Positions 1 through 12,356 of a stretch of DNA of 64,000 bases are shown in pieces. The notes beneath the pieces are model-generated. The model ran no database searches and was not told where the DNA came from. It saw only the letters and a program-made list of their open reading frames with translations. Position 1 is the first letter of the stretch. Every line of letters begins with the position of its first letter. Made by a program: the position numbers and the translations under genes. The stretch is from Gonapodya sp. JEL0774 (taxonomy: Eukaryota), in assembly GCA_027604505.1 (NCBI GenBank), contig JADIIX010000018.1:62001-126000 (forward strand). Direction: 5' to 3'.

Positions 1-2975
1 CTTCTCTCCTCATTTATCTCCTTCATTTCCCCTAGTCCGTTCATTCCCTCGCGCCCAGCCTCTCCGTGGCCCAGAAGCTGTGGTAGTAAGTGCGCAGGAG
101 TGCTCCGGAGCAAATCCTTCAGGGCCATCGTCGGATAGCCAAACGAGCTTAACCCATACTCCCCAAACCCGAAGTCTCCTTCATCCTCGTACTTTGGCCG
201 ACCGTTGTATTCATCATCTACAGTCCGCGTATCCGACGGTGCAAGTGGCGCTGTTGACGACACCACACCTCGGGTAAACTCCAGGATGGAATCTCGACGC
301 CCGTCGATACCCCCGGGCGAACAATCCTCCACATCACCCAAAAACACATCTCCAAAACTACCACCGGATATGGCACCCATCGCCTCCCATTCCTTCGCTG
401 CAGCTGACGAATACAAGAAGGGCATTTGGTGTTGATCCTGATGCTGCCTCACTTCTGTGTCGATCTCAGCCGCTGGTGCACTGGATTGTAAGTCCATCGT
501 GGAGCTCATTGCGCGGAACTTCGAAGGAGGAGTGCTCGCAGGACGCGTTGGGGGATGAGGAGCAAGACGCGTGCCGGCTGGTCCCGCAGGGGGCCCATGA
601 CCACGAAAAGATGTGGAGTTGAGGAGGCCACCCCAATTGAGGACCGCAGTGATGCTCTCTGTTACACTGGATGAGGTAGTCGCCATAGGACCCTGCTGCA
701 CTTGCTGGTGCTGATCAAGGATCTGGTACTGACTTTGGTCGCTCTGGCCGACTGCTCCTGCCAATGTAGTTGCTATAAACGCCGTCAAAAGCTCCGAAAG
801 CGATGTGGTCTGTGTGGTGCCGGAGTTCGCACTTGGAGGAGAGGGGGGGGGAACCGCGGCCGCGGCCGCCATGGCAGCCGCAGCAGCCGCAGTGGCAGCT
901 GCAGCGACAGGCGAGGTCGGTTGAGCCGTTGCGGTGGTGTTCACAGTGCCGCTCGAGAATCCGTGTGGGAGTGCATACCCCGCGGGGGTAATTCCGCCTG
1001 CTGCGAGAGCCGCGACGAGTGCTTTGCCCGCAGCAAAATGATCTTCCACAGGCGGCGACGGTAAGGGAGCTGTCACGGGATGATACGGTGCGGGGTAAAC
1101 GGGTGGGTTGGACTGGACCTGACTGAGATTCCAGGACTTGTTGCCACTTCCCGAATACAACGACGAAAACGCTGGCGCGGACGAAACGCGATGAAGAGAT
1201 CCTACTGAAGGAGCTACAGTGGAGGCCGCCTTTGAGGGTCGAGCACCCGACAGCGCGCCAACACTCGCATGTCCTGCCGTACCGGCAGCATTCACCCTTT
1301 GGGACACTGCGACTCCACCTGACTGGGTCCTGTGAGCTATGTCACGCTCGGGCACGCTTGACAAAATAGCTCCATCATCCAGCAGGACGAGATCATAGGT
1401 GGGAAGGGAGGACGTCGACACAGGTGGACGGACACGGAGAACAGAAGCAATTCTTAGGATGGGAGGAAAAGCGGGGCGTGGGGTGGCAGTTGAAGTGGAG
1501 GTGGGAAGTCGAACGTAGACGGGATCATCTGAGAGGTAAGGATGAGATGTGAATGATTTTGATACATGGCGTAAATGAAGTGTCACAAATCACGTTGGGC
1601 TCCACCATCTTCGGCCTTTCAGCACCTCCAGGAATCCCGAAATCCCGAAATCCCGAACTGCACGTGAGAAGACACTCACCCATCCTAAATCCTCCCCTTT
1701 CCATCCCGTAACCACTCCCCGCACTTGCACCACTGGCCACACTTGCGACGCTCGCTCCACTCGCCTGTCTTTTGTGGCCACCTCCATGCTCGAATACATT
1801 CACGCCAACCGCACCCTCCTCATCTCTCTTCCTCTTTACACCAGGGCTAGTGGGCTCAACTGGTTCGTCTGGGCTCCTTTCTTTTTTAAATCCGACGGGA
1901 AGAGAGAGAGGTGATAAAGGCGCCGGGCGGGAGAGAACAGAATGACCCGGCGAGCGGGAGCGGGATGGGCGAGGAGAAGCAGGTCGTGATATACGAGCGG
2001 CAGGAGACGCAGACCGAGAAGGGTGGAAGTGGGTCGAATTAGGTGTGTTTGCATTTGTGACTGAGGCCGATGAGGGCGTGGCTGCTGAAGAAGCGAGGGT
2101 GGGAGAAGGCATTGGAGACGGATCCGTGGAGTATGTCATCGAGCTGTTGTTTCCGCGACGAGAGGAGCAAGTGATGCAGCGACGGAGAAAATCTTCATAG
2201 GCTTCACGAGGGATGCCAACGCGAACTAATGGGGGGGAAATCTCAGGTCAGATCAGAGCAAAACGTAACCTTTGCTGCCAGACTTTGGCAGTTCCTTTAG
2301 ATAGTTGTTGACACAAACTTTTTGTCACAGCGTGGACACAAAGCTGCAACAGAAGCACGCTCACGTGCTCCTCCACTTTGCGCTGTGCACTCCCAGAGTC
2401 AGAGTCAGCACTTATCTCCATATGTGCTGACGACCACACCTCCTCCCGGAGTTCGCAAAAGGACACTTACGGTGGGGTAAACCAACCCTCCCGACATACC
2501 AGTTCCGCCTGAGCACGGTCCACCCAGCCTCCTTGTCTTCCACATGCCTTTCGACGAGCAATGCCTTCTTCTCCATCACACGGAGTCCTTCGAGTCCTCC
2601 ACCGTCAGCCGGGCCATCGAGAATTGGCCCGCCCGAGTCGAGGAGGAGCGCGTGACCTGTTCCCGAGTAATTGTGCACATCCGCAAAGATGAGATCAAGC
2701 TCCGACTTTCGGGCAACTGGGAGAAGTCGAGCCCGCTTGCCATCTGCATCGATGAGGGCGTACGATGAGTGAGGGGAATCAAGTACGGACAAACTGTCGA
2801 GTGGGGATTCAACATCGTTTGCGAGTGCGGCAAGTCGACCATCAGGAAGGATGTGGAGTTTCTTCAGCAAATCTCTCTCCCGTCGGAGTTCCTTTGGAAT
2901 GTCGTTGTTTGATCCGTAAACCTTTTTGGGTCCCGATTTCGCTTGGTGGAGATGATTATAGAGAGCGTCGTCCAT
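1..2975 (-). CDS. Uncharacterised protein with N-terminal integrase-type HHCC zinc-binding domain, a Tudor-like segment and a long low-complexity tail; 3' end runs off the window
   Basis: ORF 2975-2412 (..ELDLIFADVHNYSGTGH..) splices in frame (gtaagt ~2470 to attag ~2226) to RVGIPREAYEDFLRRCITC, which continues into ORF 2139-1525. A further intron (gtgagt ~1679 to ctcag ~1529) joins a Pro/Ala/Ser-rich frame that appears open to the window edge. Confidence 0.65.
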
Positions 2976-4223
2976 TACTGTAGTGTTTGCTTGGTATGAC
3001 TGACTCTGTCAATATGGGTGGTTTGAAAGATGCTGTGATTGGAAATGACCAAGGGTGAGAACAGCCTCAACCACAAGTTGCGTGCAACGACAATCAAGGG
3101 ATCGCTTGCACGCAGTTCGTTGGTCACCATCGGACCCTAGCTTTCGTCGCCAACCACCGACCCCAAATCTAGAAGACTTCCTTCACATCTGACACGACAC
3201 TTCATCAATACTCGGCCCATCCGGCAACTCCACTTACGCCCTGCCTTGAGCATTCGGGAAAGTATCTAACTCTATCTGTCTTGATTCCACTTTGGATGAC
3301 TCAGTCAAAAGAATCCTCACACTGCTTCTCACCCCTTCCAACACTCGATTCCCGATGCGACGCTGATCTGATCCTTTCTCCATTTCAACGCCGTGTTACT
3401 TCATCTCATCGCCGTGTTTCCTTGATCACATCTGCCCAAAAAATACTCACTGCTCAACTGTCCCCCAGACACTCCCAAACCGGGAATCCCGAGAAAGATC
3501 TCTGTACCGTTCAAAACGTGACTTTAATCTTTTCGCCAGAGTGGTCGCTCTTTATATTGCTGGATCGGCCGCCTCTCTCAGAGAACGAGACAGTCCGTCG
3601 CGCCACCTCAGTCAGTCCCTTCCTGACGGCTGGTGGTGAATGGGCACAAGGAGAAACGTTTGAAAATCCTGCATCAAACAAAAGTTTGAATGAGACCGGA
3701 CTCGTATTTTACGCTGATAATGCACGAAATTAGTTGTTTTTATAGCGACTTACGAATTGTTCCAAGTTCAACCCCTCATTTACCTCATGTAAATCTTCCA
3801 CAATACCTCTGCGGATGCTATATGTATTCATTACATCAACCGTCGACCCGCGGGTGGTGAGTGCACAGCGTTCACTGCACGCGTCCTACCCGTCCTACCC
3901 TTCCAGTGGTAATAACGCACCCAGCAATTTGCTTCCTGGAACTGTATTTCAATTGCCCATGATGTCAATGAACTCCAGCTGATATAAGCACAGGTTTATT
4001 CAGTCAGAATGAACGTCGCTTCCTACCTCTTTGTTGGTCCACACATATCACCGTGAAACCTTACTCCCATTAGTTGCTCTGTTTCAAATTGAGGTCAAAT
4101 TGCGACTTTACTCCTTCTTGCCAATCACGTTGTGTGAACTTTGGTGAAAATGCAACTGCCAACAAAACGATTGAAGTCACGGTTGCAAGATCATGCAGAA
4201 TACCACACAGCACAACGATGGTC

Positions 4224-5879
4224 ATGAATATTTTCCGCTTCGCCGGTGACATGAGTCATCTGGCCTCCATTCTTATCCTCGTTCTCAAAATCACACATAC
4301 AAAGAGCGCTGCGGGTGTGTTGCTACCAGGCCTTTGACGGCGAGATGTCCAGCATCGCTGATTGAATTCCACCGCAATCTTGGGCGTCTCTAAACGTTTT
4401 CGCCTGCTCACAAACCGTGGCTCGTTTTTATGCTCTTAACTTCCATTCGCACTGGTCTCCTTTACCTCAAAGGCATCTCCTTGAAATCCCAGCTCTTGTA
4501 CCTTCTGGTCTTTTTATTCCGATACCTGGACCTCTTCTCATCTTACATTTTCTCATCCTCCCTTACTTTCTATAACACGGTCATGAAATGTTTCTTCATC
4601 GCTTCGAGTGGGTGGATCGTGTGGGCAATGAGGTACAGGTTCAAGGCAACATGGGACGCGGCAAAGGACTCGTTCAAGTGAGTCGATAAGATCGGGTGAT
4701 GCGACATGCGCGCGAGTGACGGACTTGACCCGGCTCAGCGATGAGAGAATTGGGAGCAGGTTAAGGCTGGGCTTCCTTTCTTGTGAATGTTTTGGGAAAC
4801 TGCGACCTGCGCCAAGCACTGAACGGCATAGAATGCTGCCTCTGGTAGCTGCAACATCTTAGCCGCTCAGTGCCAATGTCAACATGTTAGAGAAGTCTTT
4901 GCGGTGCAAGGCAGTCCTCTCCATGTTTCTTGCGGGATGACGTTCCCTGTTCCTCACGAACAACTGCAAATGTGTCAAATGATCTATTTTTTTTGCTTGA
5001 ATTTTCTCTTTAGATTTGAATTTCTGCTCCTCGCGGCGGCAATCCTTGCCCTTATCGTCAATTACGAGTTTACAGTACTCGAAGTATGGGATTCCCATAT
5101 TCTACCTTGCACGTCACCCTATCTCACTTTTCACTTCTCCGTAATATATTTCCAAGGTTGCTTGGGCATTCTCTGTGTACCTGGAATCGGTGGCAATCCT
5201 TCCACAACTGTATCTCCTCCAAACAACTGGTGAGGCCCAGTCAATCACGGCACACTACCTGTTCGCGTTGGGAAGCTATAGAGCGCTCTATTTAGCGAAC
5301 TGGGTTTGGCGGTGAGTTTTTAGTGATATGCGCAATAAGTGAGCGCTTACGGGATATTTCAAGAGCACCGCGACCATGAAATTGCGATGGCGATCTTCAT
5401 TTTGTGCCTTGCAGGGCGAAGAGATTTGCCGTTGTGTTTCTCAACATTCATCATCTTGTTACATGTCCGATGTTTCATCATTTTATTCTCATCAACTCTC
5501 TAACTCCATTTGTGTGCCCTCTTGTCATATAGGTACTATACCGAAACTTATGTTGACTGGATCGCTTGGGTGGCGGGGGCGGTGCAAACCGCGATTTACT
5601 CCGACTTCGCTTATGTATACGTGACAAAGTGAGTGCAGGTTTTGTGCGCTCTTGTCGTGCACGGTGAATCTGGACAGAATACGAAATCACCAAACGCATA
5701 CCATGGATGGCTCAAATGGAGACACGTGGTGCGGAGGATAACAAAAAAAGCAATCGGGAACAGAGATACTGTTCAATGAAGGGGGGGCTCCCGCTCAACT
5801 TTAATGAATACCCTCTTGCCATCACCTTCTTTACTTCTTCAGGGTCTTTTACGGTCAAAAATTCGTGTTGCCTGTCTGA
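4224..5879 (+). CDS. ERD2: ER lumen protein-retaining (KDEL/HDEL) receptor, 6 exons
   Basis: [65 protein letters not shown] and VQTAIYSDF; last exon [12 protein letters not shown] ends with TGA at 5877-5879. Confidence 0.95.
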
Positions 5880-6188
5880 GAATTCTGTATCACGCGTTGC
5901 TCCCGCAACTGGTTCACCTATCACATTACATTCACTCGATACCCTTTCGTCACATACATACAATATTTGCTCTGTATTTAGTGGAACGAACAATATCGAC
6001 GATTGTGCCTCCGCTTTTGAGGCTGAAAGAGCTTGTTAGTCTATATATGGGATTTATGGCTCACGCTTGTTCGCTTAGGGAACACACCCTGCGAATGGTT
6101 AGAAAAGTTCATAGTAATAATCGCAGTCTTTGATTGCGCACAGCCTGTTACAAGTTCATGCAGATTCTGGTCAAGTTTACATTTCCTT

Positions 6189-8260
6189 TTACTCCAGCAG
6201 CTTGGTAAGAACCCCAGTTCCCACCGTCCGGCCACCCTCTCGCACGGTGAACCGCAGTCCCTCCTCAGTGGCCATAGGTTGTATGGTCTCAATCTGGAGC
6301 TCCACATTATCCCCAGGCATAATCAATTTGTGCTCCGCGCGGTTCTTCTCACCCTCAGGGGTCCTAATTAGGAATTACAACAACATAAAAATCCGGTGGA
6401 AAGATTCTTGAGGGTTACGGAAAGTGGAAACTCACTTCGGCCAAGTTAAAACACACGGCACATCCGCAGTCCTGAAGTACATCTGCGGCTTGTAGTTATC
6501 CACAAAACCGGTGTGGCGGCCTCCCTCCTCCTTCGTCAAAATGTACATCTGAGCAAGGAACTTCTTGTGGGGTTTTATGGTACCAGGAGCAGCCATAACC
6601 ATGCCACGGCGGACTTGGTCGCGACGAAAACCACGAAGAAGAGCACCCATGTTGTCGCCGGCTTCACCGCGGTCGAGTTCTGAGGTGTAAACGGTCCACG
6701 AGATGTCAATTCCTCTCTTCCAATTGGCATACCGAGCGTCGTTAGAGCTCTGTCAACCTTACCTTTGTGGAACATCTCAATACCCGTTAAAGTAGTTTTG
6801 AGGGGTACAGTAGAGTACCCGACAAGCTCCACATCCGCTCCTTTTGTGATAGTTCCCCTTTCCACCCTCCCAGTTGCGACGGTACCCCTTCCCGGGATAC
6901 TGAAAACGTCCTCGACCGGCATCAGGAAGGGCTTCTCTAAGTCTCGGGCGGGTGTGGGGATCCAGGCGTCAACAGAGTCCATGAGCTTGTTGATGGCATC
7001 AACGCCAATTTCAGGACGCCGATCTTCAAGAGCGCAAAGGGCCGAGCCGAGAATGATAGGTGTTTTCTCTCCCGGAAAACCGTATTCCTAGTTGATGAGT
7101 AATATATGCTCCTTGGTGGATGATCGCCAGGAGAAGCTTCGAGCGGCCCCTTGAACTTACGCTCAACAAATCTCTCATTTCCATTTCAACGAGCTCAAGC
7201 ATTTCCGGGTCGTCAATAGTGTCCACTTTGTTAATAAAGACCACAAGGTATTGGACACCAACTTGCTTGGCTAGAAGCAAGTGCTCACGGGTTTGAGGCA
7301 TGACACCATCAGTTGCCGAGACTGTAAGAATGGCACCATCCTTTGGAAAGGATTATTGAGAAAGGATCACATGTGAGCCCACACCCCACACGCCAACGCA
7401 GAAAGGAGAACAGAATGCGGCGGCGTGCTACCCTCGTCAGAGACACATAGAGCACTACACTACCCTCAGGATCATTGGCGACAATCATTTCCGCTGCATA
7501 CCTTGGGGCCATCGAATTATCTCTCCTCATCTCACCACAACCCACCATCTGTGCCGCTCCCGTAATCATGTTCTTGATATAGTCCGCGTGTCCGGGGCAG
7601 TCCACGTGGGCGTAGTGCCGGCTTGCAGTTTCGTACTCCACATGGGCGGTTGAGATGGTGATACCCCGTGCCTTCTCCTCGGGGGCCTTATCGATGGAAT
7701 CATAGGCACGGAACTCGGCGTTGCCACGTTCGGCAAGAACTGTGAGGGAGATGTTGGTGAGGATGGTCACGAAATATCATCAGGACAGATGTGAAGTTGA
7801 ATAGTTCGAGCAGATTAGGAGACACAAGAAATGCGACAACCAATGAGCGCGGTGAAATACTTAGCAGAGCTAGGTATGCTGTTGATCAAAGTGGACTCGA
7901 AAACGCACCTTTGGTGATGGCTGCTGTGAGCGATGTCTTCCCATGATCCACATGCCCAATCGTGCCAATGTTCACGTGGGGCTTCTTCCTCGAGAATTTG
8001 CCCCCAGGCTCAGCATACCCGCGCACAGCATTGAGTCGGAAATTCGTACGCGCGGCCAGCCCAGTGACAGCAGGGGCTCGGTATGGTCTTTTCAGTGAAG
8101 ACGAAGTCGAAACGCAGGAAGAGGCACGCCGGTATTGCGCGTGGCACACCGATCGCACGGAAGCGATACGGACGAGTGGAGAAATCGACGATGATCCACT
8201 GCATTCGAGTGCTACTGAGGCAGGTGCGACAAGCTGCTTGCGCAGAACGTTTGCAGACAT
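6189..8260 (-). CDS. TUF1: Mitochondrial elongation factor Tu, multi-exon
   Basis: R/S-rich presequence; [56 protein letters not shown]-terminus [20 protein letters not shown]. Confidence 0.97.
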
Positions 8261-8751
8261 TCAGTAACCAGAGAAATGAGGACAGGACAGGACAAGAAAG
8301 ATGCAGAGATTTAACGATGCCGTTGACAAAGACCGACCCAGGGCCAATCGGTCGGTTCACAATGGCAAGCTTTTTCTTCCTCGAGCCACGTCACGTGTTA
8401 CAGTGATTGCTCAAAACTTGTATTTCCCATTATAAAATTGAGAGGTCATCCGATTATTCGCAGTCCCATAATGCACTATATTGCATCTCTATCACGGCGC
8501 GTCCATTGATGATTTGTCAACCGTCAACGGATGAGGTTCAAGTTCATGATCGCAGAAAAATGTTCAAAAACAAAGTCACTTTATTGACTGCGAAAAATTC
8601 TGATTTCTGCCCTAGAAATCAAAATAGATTTGTCAACGCAATGTCCATTACTCCATTCCAAAGTAGGAGCCCAGGTCGTGTGAAGATGCCCAGGAGTCTT
8701 TCCACATTTTATAAAGCTCATGCAAACAACGAGTCGGTGCGGGGAGGACTG

Positions 8752-9421
8752 CTATGACTCAGTCCCTCCTGCAGTTTCGGAGAATCCCCGCAGGTTCGAA
8801 TCTAAATCTGGAGTTCTCCTCCACATTTCATCCAAAATAGCTCTCTCTTCACTCGGGCTGATGGGTACCCGTAACGCAGGCCCCAACCTAGCCGTAATAC
8901 CTCGTGGCTCTGCGTTCCTCTGGTCCTCGTAGCCCGCACCACCTTCTTCCTCAGGCGGTGTTTCATCCATCTCAGCGTCACCGTCACCATTTCCGAGTCC
9001 GGAGTTCAGATCGGGTGCGGTGTTGTCTGCGTCAGGGTCATCATCGAAAGTCTCGTCTCCGCCAAGGGCTTGGCCACCTCGAGTCCCGCCACCAGGGACG
9101 TCAGCTTCCGGCTCAGCCTCCTCGTTAGTCTGAAAGAGCGTGAAATTTGGTCAGTTGGTTTGATGACACGGGTCCACAATCGTCCGAACCTCTTTGTTCT
9201 TCACGCCGAATATTCGAAGGTCAGGGTCGCCTCTACGGATTCCTAAGAGCTGAGATCAGTGTGGTTTAATCAATCATGGTTGAGAGGTCATCGTGGCCTC
9301 CCCTCACCAATGACTTCACAGATCCTTCCATCTCTGTGAGTTCCTGCAATGGCCCGCTAGATTCTCGAGATTGCATCCACAGCGACTTCGAAATTATGGG
9401 AGTGAAAGGGAAGTGGGCCAT
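8752..9421 (-). CDS. Probable anaphase-promoting complex subunit 15 (ANAPC15/Mnd2-like), 3 exons
   Basis: Spliced MAHFPFTPIISKSLWMQ...ELTEMEGSVKSL|LLGIRRGDPDLRIFGVKNKE| followed by a D/E-rich tail. This recalls the ANAPC15 layout (FP..P....LW, helix, L..IG, acidic tail). Both introns are phase 0 GT-AG. Confidence 0.6.
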
Positions 9422-9525
9422 TGGCAGGTCGCCGAACCGTTTTAGAGAATGGATGGGGTTTATTACGGAAGGCGAACTGTGTTGGATGATGTTCATGAAA
9501 CTGCCGTTGTAACGACAAATCAAAG

Positions 9526-11022
9526 ATGAATTCCCTTATTTCTCGAATACCAATTGCATCCCCACGGCAATCAGCAATCCTCCTCTTCTATGGCGGCACT
9601 GTTCTCGTTGGAACTTGCATCTCTTGGTTGCTGGACATCGTCGAACGTGCCGATCCTATCGCGATCCGTGCGGCAAAATCCGGTTGGCTGAATGCCGTGT
9701 TTGTGAAGTGGGGCTGGGTGAGTAGCTGTCCGGTACATTTGCGTTGCTGCAGGGAAAAGTGAAGCATGTCCAAGTTGCCAACGTGTCTCTCAGATTCAAT
9801 GCCAGGCTGATGTGCTCAGGATGAAAGCAACATGATTCGGCACTGGAAAGAGTTAGCATCGCTGGGATTTGAGGGGCGGACTAATCATTAATGAATGCCA
9901 TTCTCTACGTATTCTCTCCTCGCCCAGGCATGGACCTCTATTCCTCTCATCCTCCTTTCAATCCTCCCTCTATTCAACAATAACTCCCCACCTCGGCGCC
10001 CGTTTACACCCTTGGTGCGATACGGCCTGGCCACCGCGTATTGGTTTTTCCTGACCCAATGGTTCTTCGGACATGGTCTTTTCGATAGGGTGCTTCACGC
10101 GGGTGCGGCGAAGTGCGCAGTGGACCCGGAGAAGTATGGGACGGCGAGGAGCTGCAAAAAAAGTGGACACGAGGTGAGAGTCAGTGGCTGGGGGACTCAG
10201 GGACAACTCAAGAGGCTGAAAAATGTCAATGGGTCCATATCGAAACAACGCGTTTTGATTTGTAGTCTGGCCTGTTTCATGGATGTCAACTTTCGTCGTG
10301 CAGTGCGGAGCGTATTGGAACCAACTAACTTTACTTCTTTCCTGTCTCCGTTCCAATATATCTAGTGGCATGGGTTCGATATTTCTGGTCACACGTTCCT
10401 CCTTATCCACGCCTCACTTACTCTTCTCGAAGAACTCTCGGCATCACCACTGTGGCGGCGACTAGAGTCGTTCATCATGTCCTCCTATCGGTGGTCCGCC
10501 TCCTTTGTTGCTTCTCTGGAGTTCGCTGGGAAGAAAAACCGAAAGCAAGCCATTCGACCGGCCGCAGCCACTACCCGCCGTGGGTCCGCAAAACACCCAG
10601 AAAACACTTTCTACTCTTCCCTCGAGCCAACTCAGTTTCCCTCGGATGGGCTCCCCGGCATCGCTCACGCCACCGTTGTTGTATTCTCATTTGCACTGCT
10701 GATAATGTGGTACGCAGCATTGTTGTCAACGGTCCTGCGGTTTCACACACTAGGAGAGAAGATTTGGGGTGCTGTTTTCGGGTTGGCATGGTGGGCGGCA
10801 TCCTACGCAGGATGGACGACTTCTGGTAGCTCCGAGGGGTGGAGCTTGTACAGAGCATTGGGTTGGATTCCCGGCGATCTTAGCGCGTCGGATTGGAGAG
10901 TAAATGGCGATGTTGTGATGAAAATGTCGACCGAGACGCCAGAGGGATCTGCGGTTGGGGCCGATAGATCCTCTAGTACAAAAGTCAAGAATGCCAGGAA
11001 GATAGCGAACCCGTTGCGATGA
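9526..11022 (+). CDS. FIT family acyl-CoA diphosphatase (Scs3/Yft2/FITM2-like)
   Basis: LNAVFVKWGW|AWT, WFFLTQWFFGHGLFDRV, WHGFDISGHTFLL and FHTLGEK; both conserved His motifs are present. Confidence 0.92.
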
Positions 11023-12356
11023 GAGGGAGATCCTGGGACGCTTAGATCAATGGGCTCCTGATAGAAAGGACATCTGCGTTGTGGCAATCTCAAAGGCCGT
11101 GCTCCCATAGCAGGAGCACCTACACTTTTGAGCATGAAAAATTTTTTTTTACATACACACATAGAGGAAGTTTACTCTTTCCAACTTTTATTTACCTCGT
11201 GATGCACAACCTCAAAAACAGCTTTTGTACTGTTTGATTGGTGCAGAATACATGTAAGAGAACGCTTTGATACCCAAACTTTCAATAAAGTCTGTTGTGT
11301 CTGCAGCTGTGCCAATGGGTATTGGGTAATGACTTCATGTGAAACGTTGTGACGTCAGATTGCCGTGATCTGGGCACGTAGATGTAGTTGGAGATCTGGT
11401 GCACAGTACTATCTACAGATGCATTATAAGTATGAGGTATCTACCAGCCGATGGGTAGCATTGGAGGTGCAGTTCCGCGGGAGGACGGATTTTCATAGCT
11501 TCATTCTGACGGGCCTGCAAAGTATAAAATGCTTGCCTGACACAGGTGAGCTGAAATAGACCAGGGTGGAGGGATATTGTTAAAAAAGGTTGTTACACAA
11601 GGTTTATGTAAAAAAGAACAGCGGCGGGTGACAAAAAATAGTGAAAAAACACGTGAGCCATGCCGTTGCACGATCTCCGCAGTGGGCGACGAGGGAGAAG
11701 AGTGTGAGGAGGAGTTCGGCGAGCGGGGCAACTTGCAAGGTGGGGAAGACCAGAGTGTCGGGGTTATCAGGTTCGTCGTGGGCATGGGGACACGTCATTG
11801 CCACTTGGGGTGCTGGTACGAGTCGGGGCTGTGGTCGGAGTGGGGAACAACCGTCCTGCGAGGGCCAGATTGCAGGTGGGTGCCGTGAGCGTGCGGGCGG
11901 GGTTGATGGTGAGTGAGACGAGGGTATGGGACCAGAATGCGCAGTCTGCGGGGTGGTGGCGGGTGTTGATAAGCGGGGGCCGGGGGAGCGAAGAGGGAGA
12001 GGGTTGGGCAGGTGCGGGGCTGGTGGAGGAGCGGGTCGTGCCAGGTTGACAAACCAAATCATGGTTCGCCACCGCTTTCCGCGTGATGGAAGAAAAATTA
12101 ATTAACATTTTCTTTAGTTTCCTTCAAACCGCAACAAACCGCATCGGCAAGGAGAGTGGCGTCAGCGGCTCCCTGCCGGCCTCAAGCCGTTTCCCAAGTG
12201 TATAGTGCCGCACGATATCCGTTATATATTCATTCATATCTGATGGTTGCATCTGTATCGACCAGCTAGTATATCGAGAGAGGACTTCGTGAGAGTATTT
12301 TCTTACCAGATTGTCAAATCTGTTTCTAGATCTTATAGGATTGCCGGACTCCAAAC

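Noticed and set aside
1633..1657. (atcccgaa)x3 microrepeat
   Set aside because: Short intronic slippage repeat with no sign of function.
3281..3733. 150-aa plus-strand ORF
   Set aside because: Non-ATG start and no motif; minus-strand donor sites suggest 5'UTR exons of the upstream gene.
5707..6411. Several ORFs between ERD2 and TUF1
   Set aside because: They are explained by the ERD2 last exon, 3'UTRs and the antisense of the TUF1 last exon.
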